Origin: a virus
Taxonomy: Duplodnaviria; Caudoviricetes
Strand: one strand, 5' to 3'
Length of the DNA: 64,000 nucleotides
IMG/VR virus record: IMGVR_UViG_642918906_000001
Location: 224,001-288,000 of that record
Shown: in pieces, positions 47,674-57,564 of the stretch
Layout of the letters: the number at the start of each line of letters is the position of its first letter
Position numbering within the stretch: position 1 is the stretch's first letter
The notes under the pieces: generated by a model
Databases searched by the model: none
What the model was told of the DNA's origin: nothing
What the model saw: the letters and a program-made list of their open reading frames with translations, nothing else
Position numbers and translations under genes: made by a program

Positions 47674-48018
47674 ATGTCCAAATTCAAAAATGCTGTAAAT
47701 ATTACATTGTTCACGATGGGTGTAGCCGGCCTGTTTGTAGACTTTTATAGTCGCAGCAAAAAGGCACATCTTCGCAACGAACATGATGACGTATCGAACT
47801 GGTTTACCATTCAGCGTCATCAGATCGACCTGCTTGAAATCCAAGCCTGCTTGTCCGGCCAAGGTCCAGCTAAGTTGGTTGAGAATCTGGCGGGTGTTAA
47901 GAACATCATCGCTTACGAAAGTATCGATCGTTTCCCAGGTAGTCCAGATGCCGCTGGCGCGCTGACGAACCTGAATGATTACATTGACGAAATCATCAAA
48001 AGATATCAAGGAGTATAA
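47674..48018 (+). CDS. Hypothetical protein with N-terminal hydrophobic segment
   Basis: GGAG RBS before ATG 47674. Confidence 0.75.
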   Translation: MSKFKNAVNITLFTMGVAGLFVDFYSRSKKAHLRNEHDDVSNWFTIQRHQIDLLEIQACLSGQGPAKLVENLAGVKNIIAYESIDRFPGSPDAAGALTNLNDYIDEIIKRYQGV

Positions 48019-48019
48019 A

Positions 48020-48256
48020 ATGGTTTTCAACCCCAAGAAGGAAGGCAATAAACTGGTCTACTGCACTCGCAACGCAAAAGTCGTTGCTGCTAAAGATCTG
48101 TGGCCTGAACTGGACAACACTGACGGCATCAACGTACTGCAAGCCGAGCACTATGTTCATGACGAGTGGCACCCAATCCGTACATCCATGATCGTTGACA
48201 TCCGTGGCAACGATTACGAAACCCGCAATTCCATCTACCGCGTTATCGATAAGTAA
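48020..48256 (+). CDS. Hypothetical protein (IRTS...YETRNSIY type)
   Basis: AGGAG RBS. Confidence 0.78.
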   Translation: MVFNPKKEGNKLVYCTRNAKVVAAKDLWPELDNTDGINVLQAEHYVHDEWHPIRTSMIVDIRGNDYETRNSIYRVIDK

Positions 48257-48266
48257 GGAATCGAGT

Positions 48267-48653
48267 ATGTCTCGTAAGAACAGTACCATCATCGCTATCG
48301 CGGTACATCCGAAACTCAGTATCGGTGACAAGTTCTATCGCGTTGGTTACAGTGGCGTGACCGAGATCGAACTGACCACCAAACCGTTTTGGTACAGCTA
48401 CAAGAGTTTCCCAGGTGGTCATTGGGAAATAGGCTTTAAGTCAGTGAGTCAGTCTGAAGGATCGTTTAATAAAACCATGATCCTGGCCGATGAAGGTTTC
48501 ACCGGTTTCGTTTATGACGATCGACCAAATCGTCTGGTGAAGAATGCAGAGGACATCGTGCAAGCGCAGATGGCTTACGATGCTTGGCTGGACCTTTCCA
48601 ATCAGGAAGCGGAATTCTACACCCGTTCAGCTGACTACCACGACGGCTATTAA
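48267..48653 (+). CDS. Hypothetical protein
   Basis: AAGGA RBS. Confidence 0.78.
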   Translation: MSRKNSTIIAIAVHPKLSIGDKFYRVGYSGVTEIELTTKPFWYSYKSFPGGHWEIGFKSVSQSEGSFNKTMILADEGFTGFVYDDRPNRLVKNAEDIVQAQMAYDAWLDLSNQEAEFYTRSADYHDGY

Positions 48654-48696
48654 GCCATCCCGTAATAAATCAAAACTAACTAAGGAGCAATATCAA

Positions 48697-48930
48697 ATGT
48701 TTAATACTACTCATATCGGCGACACCATGATCCTGACTCCAGATGTAGTTCGCATGACGCCTGAGCGTGAGCAGGCCATTCGCGACTTCACCGCTGAGCA
48801 CGGTTCCGTAGTGAGCGCTTCCATCGACACGAATGTTGACGGTACCCTGAAATCTGTCGATCTGTTCGGCGGTAACAAGGCTACCCGTGAATCGTTCCGT
48901 GAGTCGTTGGCAAAAGTGGCTCTCTACTGA
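48697..48930 (+). CDS. Hypothetical protein
   Basis: AAGGAG RBS. Confidence 0.78.
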   Translation: MFNTTHIGDTMILTPDVVRMTPEREQAIRDFTAEHGSVVSASIDTNVDGTLKSVDLFGGNKATRESFRESLAKVALY

Positions 48931-48937
48931 GCCGGGG

Positions 48938-48980
48938 TGCATTGGGGACCATCGGGTCCCCAAGCATTAACTTATTTTTT
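48938..48980 (+). terminator. Hairpin terminator
   Basis: TTGGGGACC-ATCG-GGTCCCCAA, U tract. Confidence 0.75.
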
Positions 48981-48994
48981 CGGAGTTTTTGGTA

Positions 48995-49696
48995 ATGGAG
49001 CTTTATCGCGATTTGGTATTCAAGCGTAACATTCATGGATACGCTGAAGAAACGCGTGTACAGTTGTACCGCACTCACATCCGTCAACTACCATTCTGGG
49101 TAGTGTACCACCCACATAACGAAGAACTTGATCTTCGCAAAGTTGAAAAGCTGGGTTCGTACTTCCTTGCTCCAGAAAGCGTGGTAGGTTATTTCAGGTC
49201 TTTCTATAACGCATGGGCAACCGGTAGTGAGTTCATCCCATCGATTGATATGACGGATGAAGCACTGCACGCACTGCGTAGCGCAAGACCTGACCCTAAT
49301 GGTCTGATGTACCGCGTCATCTACCGTAACCCGTTTGCCGACATCCCAGAGTGTGCGTTCGGCCATGGTTTATACGACATCGATGAACCGCGTTTTGTAT
49401 CTACCAAGACTAGTAGCATTGGTCATTGGTGTATCTACAACGAACACGTGGCAAAAGCAGTTACTCGCGTTCATGCTGCGATGCCTTTTAGCGGATACGT
49501 ATGGGACCGTCTTTGCAATAACCCTAGTGGTGGTTACATGGTAGTCCAAGCCACACCATTCAATCCGTCAGGAAACCCTATCGAGGGTGAAGAATGGCGT
49601 GACATTGAAGAGGCCCCCGTTTGGAACATTAGTGTTCGACTGGACTTCAATGCAGATATGTCTGATATAGAAACAATCTTTGAACTTAAACACTGA
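48995..49696 (+). CDS. Hypothetical protein
   Basis: GGAG RBS, long ORF. Confidence 0.82.
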   Translation: MELYRDLVFKRNIHGYAEETRVQLYRTHIRQLPFWVVYHPHNEELDLRKVEKLGSYFLAPESVVGYFRSFYNAWATGSEFIPSIDMTDEALHALRSARPDPNGLMYRVIYRNPFADIPECAFGHGLYDIDEPRFVSTKTSSIGHWCIYNEHVAKAVTRVHAAMPFSGYVWDRLCNNPSGGYMVVQATPFNPSGNPIEGEEWRDIEEAPVWNISVRLDFNADMSDIETIFELKH

Positions 49697-49707
49697 GGAG
49701 GTAAAAC

Positions 49708-50187
49708 ATGCAGCATTATGGCATGGTCGCACAAAAGCTGGATCAACACAATACTTTTATGGAAACTGGACGTCGTCCATCCCTTCCGGGCCAGCAATAC
49801 AAAGTAGAATATCTTGAAAGTGCCGATAACCTGTATTCGGTTACATCCGACTGGCAAGGTTTCCCTAACTTCATGGTATGGAATGACGACCTCACGGTGA
49901 TCTTCGATCCAATCGGACATTTCAGCTCCAAAGAAGTATTCGATATCGTGTCTGGACATATGGCCAACATGACCGATGAAGAACGTAAACTGTTCGATCC
50001 TATTCTGATCCAGTTGATTACCCTCAATGGGATCAACCAGATCGTTCTCGGCGATGACTTCATCGAGATCTATACTCATGTCGCAGGTAAACAAAAACTG
50101 CTACTAGTCACCGTAATGAATATGATTGATACATCGGAACGATCGATCGACCGCATCCACTGGCGTAGTCGTTCCACACTTAACTAA
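49708..50187 (+). CDS. Hypothetical protein
   Basis: GAGGAGG RBS. Confidence 0.82.
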   Translation: MQHYGMVAQKLDQHNTFMETGRRPSLPGQQYKVEYLESADNLYSVTSDWQGFPNFMVWNDDLTVIFDPIGHFSSKEVFDIVSGHMANMTDEERKLFDPILIQLITLNGINQIVLGDDFIEIYTHVAGKQKLLLVTVMNMIDTSERSIDRIHWRSRSTLN

Positions 50188-50216
50188 TTGGGGACTTTGG
50201 TCCCCATCGAGGGACC

Positions 50217-50486
50217 ATGATTCCTATTACGATCTTTAAACATACCTCGGGCGACTGGGTAGCTAATTGGGGCGGTCGCATTCACCATGTTACGTTTAAC
50301 CCAACCGATGATTTGACATTCGTGTCATTGGGGTTGACTGACTTTGGTGCCGTTAAGTTTGAACTAAACCCGCGTGGAGTGATCCTAGGGGTTTATAATA
50401 ACCGCACGGAGCAACCGCTTGAAGAGCTTGCATTCCCAGTAAACCACTCACTGTACCGTGAGTTAAATATAGGTAGGCCTGTATGA
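50217..50486 (+). CDS. Hypothetical protein
   Basis: GAGG RBS. Confidence 0.75.
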   Translation: MIPITIFKHTSGDWVANWGGRIHHVTFNPTDDLTFVSLGLTDFGAVKFELNPRGVILGVYNNRTEQPLEELAFPVNHSLYRELNIGRPV

Positions 50487-50935
50487 AAACCCGCTATGCA
50501 AAACGTGAAGGGTGTGTACCTGATTGGGCGTCATGCATCCGCACCAACCTTGCTCCACCTAGTTTCCAAAGGAAACCCATGACCATCGAATTGGATGATG
50601 GTTCCGTAGTCTGTGGAAGTCACCTTCATGCAGATGGTCGGCGTTTTAACTTCAGGGATGTTTACGGCACACCAGTCGATAAAGATTGGGAATACCTACA
50701 TATCACTCAGCTTAGCTATACCGCTGAGGATGGCAGTACCCAGATCGTCGAAGTAGACCCACGCAATCCACACATCATCAACAAAACTCACGTGACTACC
50801 AAAATGGGCTACGTGACTAAAGTTAATGGTAAGCGTTGGGGCGTGATGGTTCATCTGAACTGGCGTACCGGTGATACCCAAATCATTCCTGACCAAGGTT
50901 CCCCAATCACGGGTGCCTTGATCCAACTGATCTAA
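50483..50935 (+). CDS. Hypothetical protein
   Basis: ATGA coupling. Confidence 0.78.
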   Translation: MKTRYAKREGCVPDWASCIRTNLAPPSFQRKPMTIELDDGSVVCGSHLHADGRRFNFRDVYGTPVDKDWEYLHITQLSYTAEDGSTQIVEVDPRNPHIINKTHVTTKMGYVTKVNGKRWGVMVHLNWRTGDTQIIPDQGSPITGALIQLI

Positions 50936-50938
50936 TAC

Positions 50939-50966
50939 GTCTCCCTTCGGGGAGACTTCTATTCCT
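50939..50966 (+). terminator. Rho-independent terminator
   Basis: GTCTCCC-TTCG-GGGAGAC-TTCTATT. Confidence 0.85.
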
Positions 50967-50977
50967 TAGGAGTCAAT

Positions 50978-51142
50978 ATGCTATCAGATGATGCATGGGA
51001 TAAGTTATGCGATGAACTGAAAAAGAATCCTATCCCTGCGGTGCGTGTAGCCACATTCCCACAGCGCGATGCACCTATGGTCATGACTGACAAATGTAGT
51101 GGTATTTATCCGATCCGTGAACTTAAAAAGGACCGTAAGTAA
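50978..51142 (+). CDS. Small hypothetical protein (54 aa)
   Basis: AGGAG RBS; MLSDDAWDKLCDELKKNP...; TAATG coupling to next gene. Confidence 0.7.
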   Translation: MLSDDAWDKLCDELKKNPIPAVRVATFPQRDAPMVMTDKCSGIYPIRELKKDRK

Positions 51143-51489
51143 TGTACGTCGAATTTTTCAATATCTCAACGCAAAAATGTTATTACCTGTGCGGTACCCT
51201 GGCAGACCCAGTTGCCATAGTGTACAAGCGCAATGTAACTGACATGATGTTGAAACTTGATGTTGAGATGAAAGTTATGGACGTGTTCGATATTGTCCGT
51301 CCAGTGGTGGATCGACTCATAGAAGTTGAAGGTAGTGGTTTCTGGGTGGTAAAGATCTTCGACTTCACGGACGAATCTACTACAAGTATAACCAGACACC
51401 GTCTCACCAAAGAATACGGAATCTACCGTGTAGGTGAACCAACTTATATTGATGGCGTCCTGCAACCAACGAAATTCATTTCGGTTTAG
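51142..51489 (+). CDS. Hypothetical protein
   Basis: TAATG coupling. Confidence 0.75.
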   Translation: MYVEFFNISTQKCYYLCGTLADPVAIVYKRNVTDMMLKLDVEMKVMDVFDIVRPVVDRLIEVEGSGFWVVKIFDFTDESTTSITRHRLTKEYGIYRVGEPTYIDGVLQPTKFISV

Positions 51490-51600
51490 CAGTAGAATCA
51501 AAATCACATTTACATTATAGACCAGCAGTAAACAAACTAATACTATCCCCGAATCATCGTGGAGTAAGTTTATGGCTAAAATTAGAAATGGGGAAACGAA

Positions 51601-51879
51601 ATGGGTTGGTTTAGAGAAGTCGCTGGATTGATTGATCACGTTGCAAAGTCTGACGTCGTACGTGGCATGATTCTACAAGCGAACAGTGATATCTATCTAC
51701 ATAAGACAGATCGTGAAAACGGTTATACCGAAGTTAAGTATGCAAACGAAGGTGACGATCTTGAAGTCCTTTGTGAGGATCTTGAGATCGAAGGGGGCTT
51801 TCGCGTAATCAATCGTGACAATCATGACCAAATCGAAACGGTACAACTAACTGATCTTGATGATGGGAGTCATTCATGA
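51601..51879 (+). CDS. Acidic hypothetical protein
   Basis: ORF in chain. Confidence 0.72.
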   Translation: MGWFREVAGLIDHVAKSDVVRGMILQANSDIYLHKTDRENGYTEVKYANEGDDLEVLCEDLEIEGGFRVINRDNHDQIETVQLTDLDDGSHS

Positions 51880-52070
51880 AACGTGCACGTCTAAAAGAAG
51901 CAATCGTTAATGTTGTATTGGATATACCTATCACCTTGGCTCCAGCTGGTGCGGAAGTAACGATCCTTGAAGATAATGGTTCCAACTATGAAGTTGCTTA
52001 TTATGGCGGGGAATCGCCTTCGACGACTTTCTATGTCCGTCCTAACCAAGTGGAGCTGATCAATGAGTAA
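51876..52070 (+). CDS. Small SH3-like protein
   Basis: PAGAEVTILE...YEV...FYVRPNQVE; ATGA coupling. Confidence 0.72.
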   Translation: MKRARLKEAIVNVVLDIPITLAPAGAEVTILEDNGSNYEVAYYGGESPSTTFYVRPNQVELINE

Positions 52071-52629
52071 TCCTCCTTTTATCTCAAGTCATCAAGCGAG
52101 ACAGCAGGTTGTTGATGCAATTGAACAGGTGACAAGTCGCATTGATACATTTGGCTTCGCTATCTGGCCATTGATGCCCTACACTGAACGAGGTATCCCA
52201 CCAGGCTTCATTACCATTGGCTGCACCAAGATTGGTATCCCTGAGTTCTACGTATCGGGTATTCCGGCACACTCTGATGAAGCTGATCAGCTCATTAAAA
52301 CCCTGCGTGAGTTCTACAGCTATGCTCGTGACAATGCAATGGGTATAGAGCCGATGGAATTGTGTCATATGGTCAACACCCGTGATGAAGGTCAGATTGT
52401 CCCACAATACCAATATCGGCCAGTAGACTCTGAGCGGCTGATGTATGGTCAGTGCACTATCTTGCGTCACTGGGCAGAGTCGGTCGGACTGAAAGAACAG
52501 GTGATGGGTGTTCAGATTGTACATCGCCAGACACCAGAAGCTGACTTCCCTATGTACTCAACCCCAGCCCAACTGTTGTTGGATTGGACTCCATTCGGAT
52601 TTAAACAAGAGGTTGTAACGGGGGTTTAA
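52063..52629 (+). CDS. DUF4262-like protein
   Basis: PPGFITIGCTKIGIPEFYVSGIP resembles the F.YT.GL...G.PEL...GL pattern. Confidence 0.65.
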   Translation: MSNPPFISSHQARQQVVDAIEQVTSRIDTFGFAIWPLMPYTERGIPPGFITIGCTKIGIPEFYVSGIPAHSDEADQLIKTLREFYSYARDNAMGIEPMELCHMVNTRDEGQIVPQYQYRPVDSERLMYGQCTILRHWAESVGLKEQVMGVQIVHRQTPEADFPMYSTPAQLLLDWTPFGFKQEVVTGV

Positions 52630-52973
52630 TGGTACTAGAAGACATCAACGTTGCGCGTCCACGTTACTTACAGTGGACGCTCTTTAGGGATTACCATTAC
52701 GCTGTGTTCAACGAGCGTGGGGAAATGGTTATGATCCTGGTGATGACTAAAGGTACCTTGCGTAGTTACTGGGTTAAAGAGTTAAATCCTAAAACACAAA
52801 ACGTGGTTTATGAAAACCATGAGATCCATGCTCGGATGATGGCTTGCCGTTACATACGTGAGTCTGAAGATCTGGTTGCAAAGCTTGAGTCAGAGCAACC
52901 ACCCGGACAGTACTTCCTTTCGGTTGTTAACGCATCGGGTAAAAGACTTTACAACATTTCGATCTGGATCTAA
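52629..52973 (+). CDS. Hypothetical protein
   Basis: TAATG coupling. Confidence 0.75.
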   Translation: MVLEDINVARPRYLQWTLFRDYHYAVFNERGEMVMILVMTKGTLRSYWVKELNPKTQNVVYENHEIHARMMACRYIRESEDLVAKLESEQPPGQYFLSVVNASGKRLYNISIWI

Positions 52974-52975
52974 GT

Positions 52976-53001
52976 TTTACCGAACAGCTTGATACTCTGT
53001 A
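52976..53001 (+). promoter_or_regulatory. Putative middle-type promoter
   Basis: TTTAC-N17-TGTA. Confidence 0.4.
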
Positions 53002-53024
53002 TTAAACCATTAAGAGGCTATGAG

Positions 53025-53573
53025 ATGACACAGGTTCTTCGCGTTGGTAAGTTCTCCGGTAAATATGAATTCCTCGATAAGGAAGCGCAAGTTATCAGTC
53101 CAGAGACTGGTTCTGGACTGATTTCATCGGAGGATGCCGATGTTCTGTTGGAACGGATTCGTCAAGGGTATCAGTACATTCCAGGTGGCCACTATATTCT
53201 GCGTCTTGAAGACGTCGGTGGTATGGACGGCTATTTTGAATTTACTGAGATGATTACCTTCGACACAGATGACGATGGTTATGCGATCCCTCGCCATACT
53301 CAGCTGGTTACCCAGGCTGCGTTTGATGCCCCATTCTCCGATCACAACCAGATCCTTACAGCTAACGCCTTTATCGATTACGCTGAGCGTGTGATTCGTT
53401 GGATGAATAATCCAATCGGTTTTGATCAATATGTGTATGATCCAGCGCAAGCTGTGAAGGCATGTGATATCGATGACGACGTGGCTGTACTCATGACAGT
53501 CGGGGCACGTTATCTGATGCGCGATAAACCAACTCATTACTCTCTGATCCCTACGCGGTTCTACGTGAGGTAA
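53025..53573 (+). CDS. Hypothetical protein
   Basis: GAGG RBS before ATG 53025. Confidence 0.8.
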   Translation: MTQVLRVGKFSGKYEFLDKEAQVISPETGSGLISSEDADVLLERIRQGYQYIPGGHYILRLEDVGGMDGYFEFTEMITFDTDDDGYAIPRHTQLVTQAAFDAPFSDHNQILTANAFIDYAERVIRWMNNPIGFDQYVYDPAQAVKACDIDDDVAVLMTVGARYLMRDKPTHYSLIPTRFYVR

Positions 53574-53575
53574 CT

Positions 53576-54091
53576 ATGGATACACCTAAGGTTCTCTACC
53601 ATGGGTCGCTTTATAAACAGAATGAACTCATGCCAGGCATTAAACGCTCGGGTGAGCTCACTGTATGGGATGGGGTAGAGACCAACCAGAATCTTTACGC
53701 TACTACTGACCCACAGGAAGCTGCTTTACTGGGGATAGGTTCAGCAGCCGAGAAGACGTTTGATACAGATCGGTTTATTGAACTGGACGGTAACATCTGG
53801 TTGTTTACACAAACCCAGATCGACATCAACGATTTCTTGGAGATGGTTATCTATCGATACACCATTCCGGTTCGGCCACAAGATGGTTGGACCAAGAACA
53901 ACAACCCGTACAACAATATTGATACTGAGTGGATCACACAGAAAACCATCCATGGTGTAAAGTGTGAGAAACTCGATATCCGTAAAGTAATGCGTGGGCA
54001 TACTGTGACAGTAACTCAAGCTCCGGTCGACGTAAGTTTACCTGAGATTACTACTCGTTATGGTAGCGATACAAAAGTGTATAAACTGTGA
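53576..54091 (+). CDS. Putative ADP-ribosyltransferase-fold protein (H-Y-E/Arr-like)
   Basis: VLYHGS, NLYATTD...A, IYRY, late EW. Confidence 0.62.
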   Translation: MDTPKVLYHGSLYKQNELMPGIKRSGELTVWDGVETNQNLYATTDPQEAALLGIGSAAEKTFDTDRFIELDGNIWLFTQTQIDINDFLEMVIYRYTIPVRPQDGWTKNNNPYNNIDTEWITQKTIHGVKCEKLDIRKVMRGHTVTVTQAPVDVSLPEITTRYGSDTKVYKL

Positions 54092-54117
54092 GTGGCTTAG
54101 CCACTCACTTATTCCGT
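54088..54117 (+). terminator. Hairpin terminator
   Basis: GTGAGTGGC-TTA-GCCACTCAC-TTATTCCG. Confidence 0.8.
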
Positions 54118-54129
54118 TAAGGATACAAT

Positions 54130-54381
54130 ATGGATTTTTGGTCTGGACTGTTTATAGCGTTCTCGGGTGGTGCGTGTGTATACGCTTCACTGGGACTGAT
54201 GTTGATTTATCGATATTGGTTTGAATCAGGTGCTAACCGTGGTGAAATCGCATGCACTCTTCGGGGTGTGGGGTTAACATTGATGGTGGGCATTTTGGTT
54301 CCAGCCATTTTACTAACACTGCACCTCACCGAGGTGATTACAATGTGGCGAGTCGGTTATGAGATCTTACGAGTACAATGA
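54130..54381 (+). CDS. Small membrane protein (2 TM)
   Basis: AAGGA RBS; hydrophobic. Confidence 0.72.
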   Translation: MDFWSGLFIAFSGGACVYASLGLMLIYRYWFESGANRGEIACTLRGVGLTLMVGILVPAILLTLHLTEVITMWRVGYEILRVQ

Positions 54382-54490
54382 CGAAGACTTCGAGCGGTTT
54401 GTTTTAGGTAGTACAGGTAACATGGGGCCGGGCGGTTTTATCGCTTTGGTTATCTTGATTCTTGTTTGTTTGATATGGTGGTTTAAATGA
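54359..54490 (+). CDS. Small C-terminal TM protein (43 aa)
   Basis: MRSYEYNDEDFERFVLG...FIALVILILVCLIWWFK; ATGA overlap with next gene. Confidence 0.55.
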   Translation: MRSYEYNDEDFERFVLGSTGNMGPGGFIALVILILVCLIWWFK

Positions 54491-54729
54491 GTCAGTCGGC
54501 ACCTAGATTCACGTTTTCAAATGTGCTGGAGCTACCATGTGGCACCACTACTGATTCACCCATCATTCGTATTCCACTGCGTGAAGAGTACCGGAGTAAG
54601 TTCAATGCCGCAGCGGCTCGGGATATTTTGAACTCCTTTAGCTTTGACGATATAAAGATCGTACTCTTGGATTACCCAGAGTACGGCCCATTCGATAAAG
54701 TTGTTGGCTTTTCGGTACAACCAAAATAA
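54487..54729 (+). CDS. Hypothetical protein
   Basis: Fits gene chain. Confidence 0.72.
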   Translation: MSQSAPRFTFSNVLELPCGTTTDSPIIRIPLREEYRSKFNAAAARDILNSFSFDDIKIVLLDYPEYGPFDKVVGFSVQPK

Positions 54730-54740
54730 GAAGGGCATCT

Positions 54741-55040
54741 ATGCACTTTAATGTAGAACTTAAAGTTAAACTCACAGCGGAATACTGGTTCATCTACCGT
54801 ACCATTAATGGCTGGGGTTTAACCCGTAGAATGCGCAACGCCACTGATTTCGATACATTCGCCGAAGCCAAGGCGGCCGTGTTGGAGTTGGTTAAAATGG
54901 ATCGTTCAGCGTTCCGTAAGTTCATTCATAAAGAAGATGACTTTGATACCCCCGTCTCACTAACCGTCCTCAGTCATATGACTGAGGGTGCAGAGAAGCA
55001 ATCTTTCCAAAAACTATATACTTTCAACGATCAGGAGTAA
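54741..55040 (+). CDS. Hypothetical protein
   Basis: AAGGG RBS. Confidence 0.75.
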   Translation: MHFNVELKVKLTAEYWFIYRTINGWGLTRRMRNATDFDTFAEAKAAVLELVKMDRSAFRKFIHKEDDFDTPVSLTVLSHMTEGAEKQSFQKLYTFNDQE

Positions 55041-55044
55041 TGAG

Positions 55045-55872
55045 ATGTCTAAGCGTTATAAGAACGAGCGTTATCACGTAGCTGTTCCACATCCACAACT
55101 GAGTGCCGCTCAGTCAGTATACGCTCGAGAAACCATGAACCGCCTGTTGGCCGATGTCGATCTGGCGGACTGGTTCGGTAAAGATGACGAAGATGGTACA
55201 GTGCATTATGTGTTCCGTACCTACAAGCTCGGTAAAGTAGTTGAAGAAGCTTTACTCGCGGAATGCAGTAGGCTGACCGATGCTCATCGTGTATGGGGTC
55301 AGCGTCATTGGGTTAGGAAGCCTAGTCGTATCCATGTAGGTCTGTTTACCGACGAAGGTATCTGTGCTATTGTGGCACCCGGTGATACCTTCAAGGGGAT
55401 GATGTTCAAACAAGTCAATGGTAAAGTTACCCAAGGTTGGTTTAATCAATCAGGGAAACATTTACCATCAAGAGAACTGGGTAAGCTCGTACGGTTATGG
55501 TTCCAAGGTGAGTCTACTGCCGTATGGAACGCACAGCGTCGATTCCGCTATGAGATGGATAACCCGGAGTCCAAGCATTACGGTGATATCGAATACGCCT
55601 TGGAGAAAGCTCGTGACCTACTGGGTAATAACGCGGCCATCCATTGTGTAAACGATAAAGGTGATCTTTATACCATCTCGGCATATGGGATTGAAGCATC
55701 CAATTACTGCACCAAGTTCGATCGTGGTGAACAGTGGGTGTTTGAATATGGTGTTGTTCCAGTGGGTATCCCGCATGAGGATGTGGTTTATAGCACGGGT
55801 AAGAAATCGGTCTTTAAGCAACAGCTCTTAGTGGCGAATACTATGACTATTCTCAAACGAGTTTGTATGTAA
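55045..55872 (+). CDS. Hypothetical protein, ~280-aa paralog family
   Basis: AGGAG RBS; LWFQGESTAVWNA. Confidence 0.82.
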   Translation: MSKRYKNERYHVAVPHPQLSAAQSVYARETMNRLLADVDLADWFGKDDEDGTVHYVFRTYKLGKVVEEALLAECSRLTDAHRVWGQRHWVRKPSRIHVGLFTDEGICAIVAPGDTFKGMMFKQVNGKVTQGWFNQSGKHLPSRELGKLVRLWFQGESTAVWNAQRRFRYEMDNPESKHYGDIEYALEKARDLLGNNAAIHCVNDKGDLYTISAYGIEASNYCTKFDRGEQWVFEYGVVPVGIPHEDVVYSTGKKSVFKQQLLVANTMTILKRVCM

Positions 55873-55881
55873 GGAGTTATA

Positions 55882-56703
55882 ATGCGTACGCCCTATGTAT
55901 TTAAGTTGGCTTCGGATGCACCTGCTCCCGAGGTAGCAAAGATCTTCAACATTATCCATTCGATGGATCGTGTTGATAAAAACGACACTCATAAAATCCA
56001 TGAGGTGCTGTATCGAGATCCTCGTGGTAAGTATCGTACTTACATCGTGCCGTTCGACGAGGAAACAGGTTGCAAGTTCCAGCAACGTTGTAATGCTGCC
56101 GGTCTAAGTGCGTGCATTGATACGGAATACGTAAGTCCACCAGATCGGCATTACGTGGATGTACAGGCGTCTGGGTTGATTAAACTGCACTGGAGTAAGA
56201 AGGATACCTTTATTAGGGTTAAACCTGATGATACGTACCGTCATGAAATCCTTGGTCCAACCTCGGAGCAGACTGGGATTTACCCAAAAGAGATTTTCTT
56301 TGTGGGTCCCATTAAGCAGATCAACAAGGCCTATCGTCGTTACCTTTCAGTGATGCGTAAGCTCCATACCAGTAATGGTTACCTCACTACGTATCAACTG
56401 GACGATATTCTCAGTGCAATCGAGACTACCGGTGAGGCTTATGGTGGTGCGATGTATATTCTGACCGAGACTGGGTTGATCGCTCAATTGACTCGCACTG
56501 GATTCCATTGGGTAATTAACCGTCCGCCAGTTAGTGAGGATCAGCGTCGTAGTCGGGTGATCCACGGGTATAACGAAACGGTCATTGGTGTCGGTAAAGC
56601 AGATTGGTACACAAACTACTTTCGTGGGCGGGTAAAGAACCTAGCGTTTTGTGAGTCTTTGCTCAAAGCGGGTGTTACTCAAGAAGCTTACCTGAAACTT
56701 TAA
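55882..56703 (+). CDS. Hypothetical protein, ~280-aa paralog family
   Basis: AGGAG RBS; IFFVGPIKQINKA. Confidence 0.82.
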   Translation: MRTPYVFKLASDAPAPEVAKIFNIIHSMDRVDKNDTHKIHEVLYRDPRGKYRTYIVPFDEETGCKFQQRCNAAGLSACIDTEYVSPPDRHYVDVQASGLIKLHWSKKDTFIRVKPDDTYRHEILGPTSEQTGIYPKEIFFVGPIKQINKAYRRYLSVMRKLHTSNGYLTTYQLDDILSAIETTGEAYGGAMYILTETGLIAQLTRTGFHWVINRPPVSEDQRRSRVIHGYNETVIGVGKADWYTNYFRGRVKNLAFCESLLKAGVTQEAYLKL

Positions 56704-56710
56704 TTAATCT

Positions 56711-56737
56711 GCCTCCCTTCGGGGAGGCTCTATTTCG
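56711..56737 (+). terminator. Rho-independent terminator
   Basis: GCCTCCC-TTCG-GGGAGGC-TCTATTT. Confidence 0.82.
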
Positions 56738-56748
56738 AGGAGTAATAG

Positions 56749-57117
56749 ATGTCCTGTACTAATGAAATGGCTGAGATGTTGATCCACTGGTATAGCAACT
56801 TACCCGACAGTCAATTGGTATCCCCTCAGTTCCGTCGTGAAGCTCTGTGTGCCGTAACAGAGCTTACTGCTTACGATGCCATTCATCACATCGTAAGGAA
56901 TAGTCCAGAAGCTTTCCAGGTCTATGTAGGTTATCCTAGCTATCTCATTATCCGTCCTTCAGTAGGTGGATTGTTCACAACCTCGGAAATGCGCTATCAA
57001 TCCCAATTACCAGAGGGCGGTTATTCGCAACTACATTCGGTGGGGACCAATACAGCATTCGATGCGATGATCAACCTCAAGCAGCGTTATGAGTGGGAGA
57101 TGGCTAATGGACAATAA
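56749..57117 (+). CDS. Hypothetical protein
   Basis: GAGGAG RBS. Confidence 0.78.
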   Translation: MSCTNEMAEMLIHWYSNLPDSQLVSPQFRREALCAVTELTAYDAIHHIVRNSPEAFQVYVGYPSYLIIRPSVGGLFTTSEMRYQSQLPEGGYSQLHSVGTNTAFDAMINLKQRYEWEMANGQ

Positions 57118-57391
57118 ACCTGTCAACGGGATTTACAAGACTCGACCTAACTGGTACAAACAAACCGGTTGGCCTGAGGATCGTCATGTCTTCATTCAAG
57201 GCGATTCAGTTTGTCTTGTAGATTACATCGCTTACGGTGAGGAGTCTTATCATCGTGAGATCTACAGTTACCATAGTTTCTTCGAGGCGAATGAACTTGG
57301 TGAACGTGTAGGTCCATTACCTGAAGGTGATTTCAGTATCTGGACTTATCAAGGTCCACCCAAGGAGGAAGGGAAATGTCTTACGCCCTGA
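57107..57391 (+). CDS. Hypothetical protein
   Basis: GGAG RBS. Confidence 0.75.
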   Translation: MDNKPVNGIYKTRPNWYKQTGWPEDRHVFIQGDSVCLVDYIAYGEESYHREIYSYHSFFEANELGERVGPLPEGDFSIWTYQGPPKEEGKCLTP

Positions 57392-57564
57392 TTGGTTTCC
57401 TAATGACACTCAGTTTGATCTTGCTGATCGGATGGGTCGGTATGGGTTTCAAATCGAAGGTCGATCGAGTAGTCCATACCCGTGTTGGTTTTGCACTACT
57501 GTTTTCAGTAGCCATTACGGTTTACGCTAACCTTATTACCCTGAGCGTGGAGTTAGCCAAATGA
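57376..57564 (+). CDS. Small membrane protein (2 TM)
   Basis: AGGAGG upstream; hydrophobic. Confidence 0.72.
   Translation: MSYALIGFLMTLSLILLIGWVGMGFKSKVDRVVHTRVGFALLFSVAITVYANLITLSVELAK

Noticed and set aside
51572-51631. Programmed -1 frameshift joining the short ORF MAKIRNGETK (GGAG RBS) to 51601-51879
   Set aside because: No in-frame X XXY YYZ slippery heptamer, and ATG 51601 has its own GGGGA RBS-like sequence; left unresolved, not called
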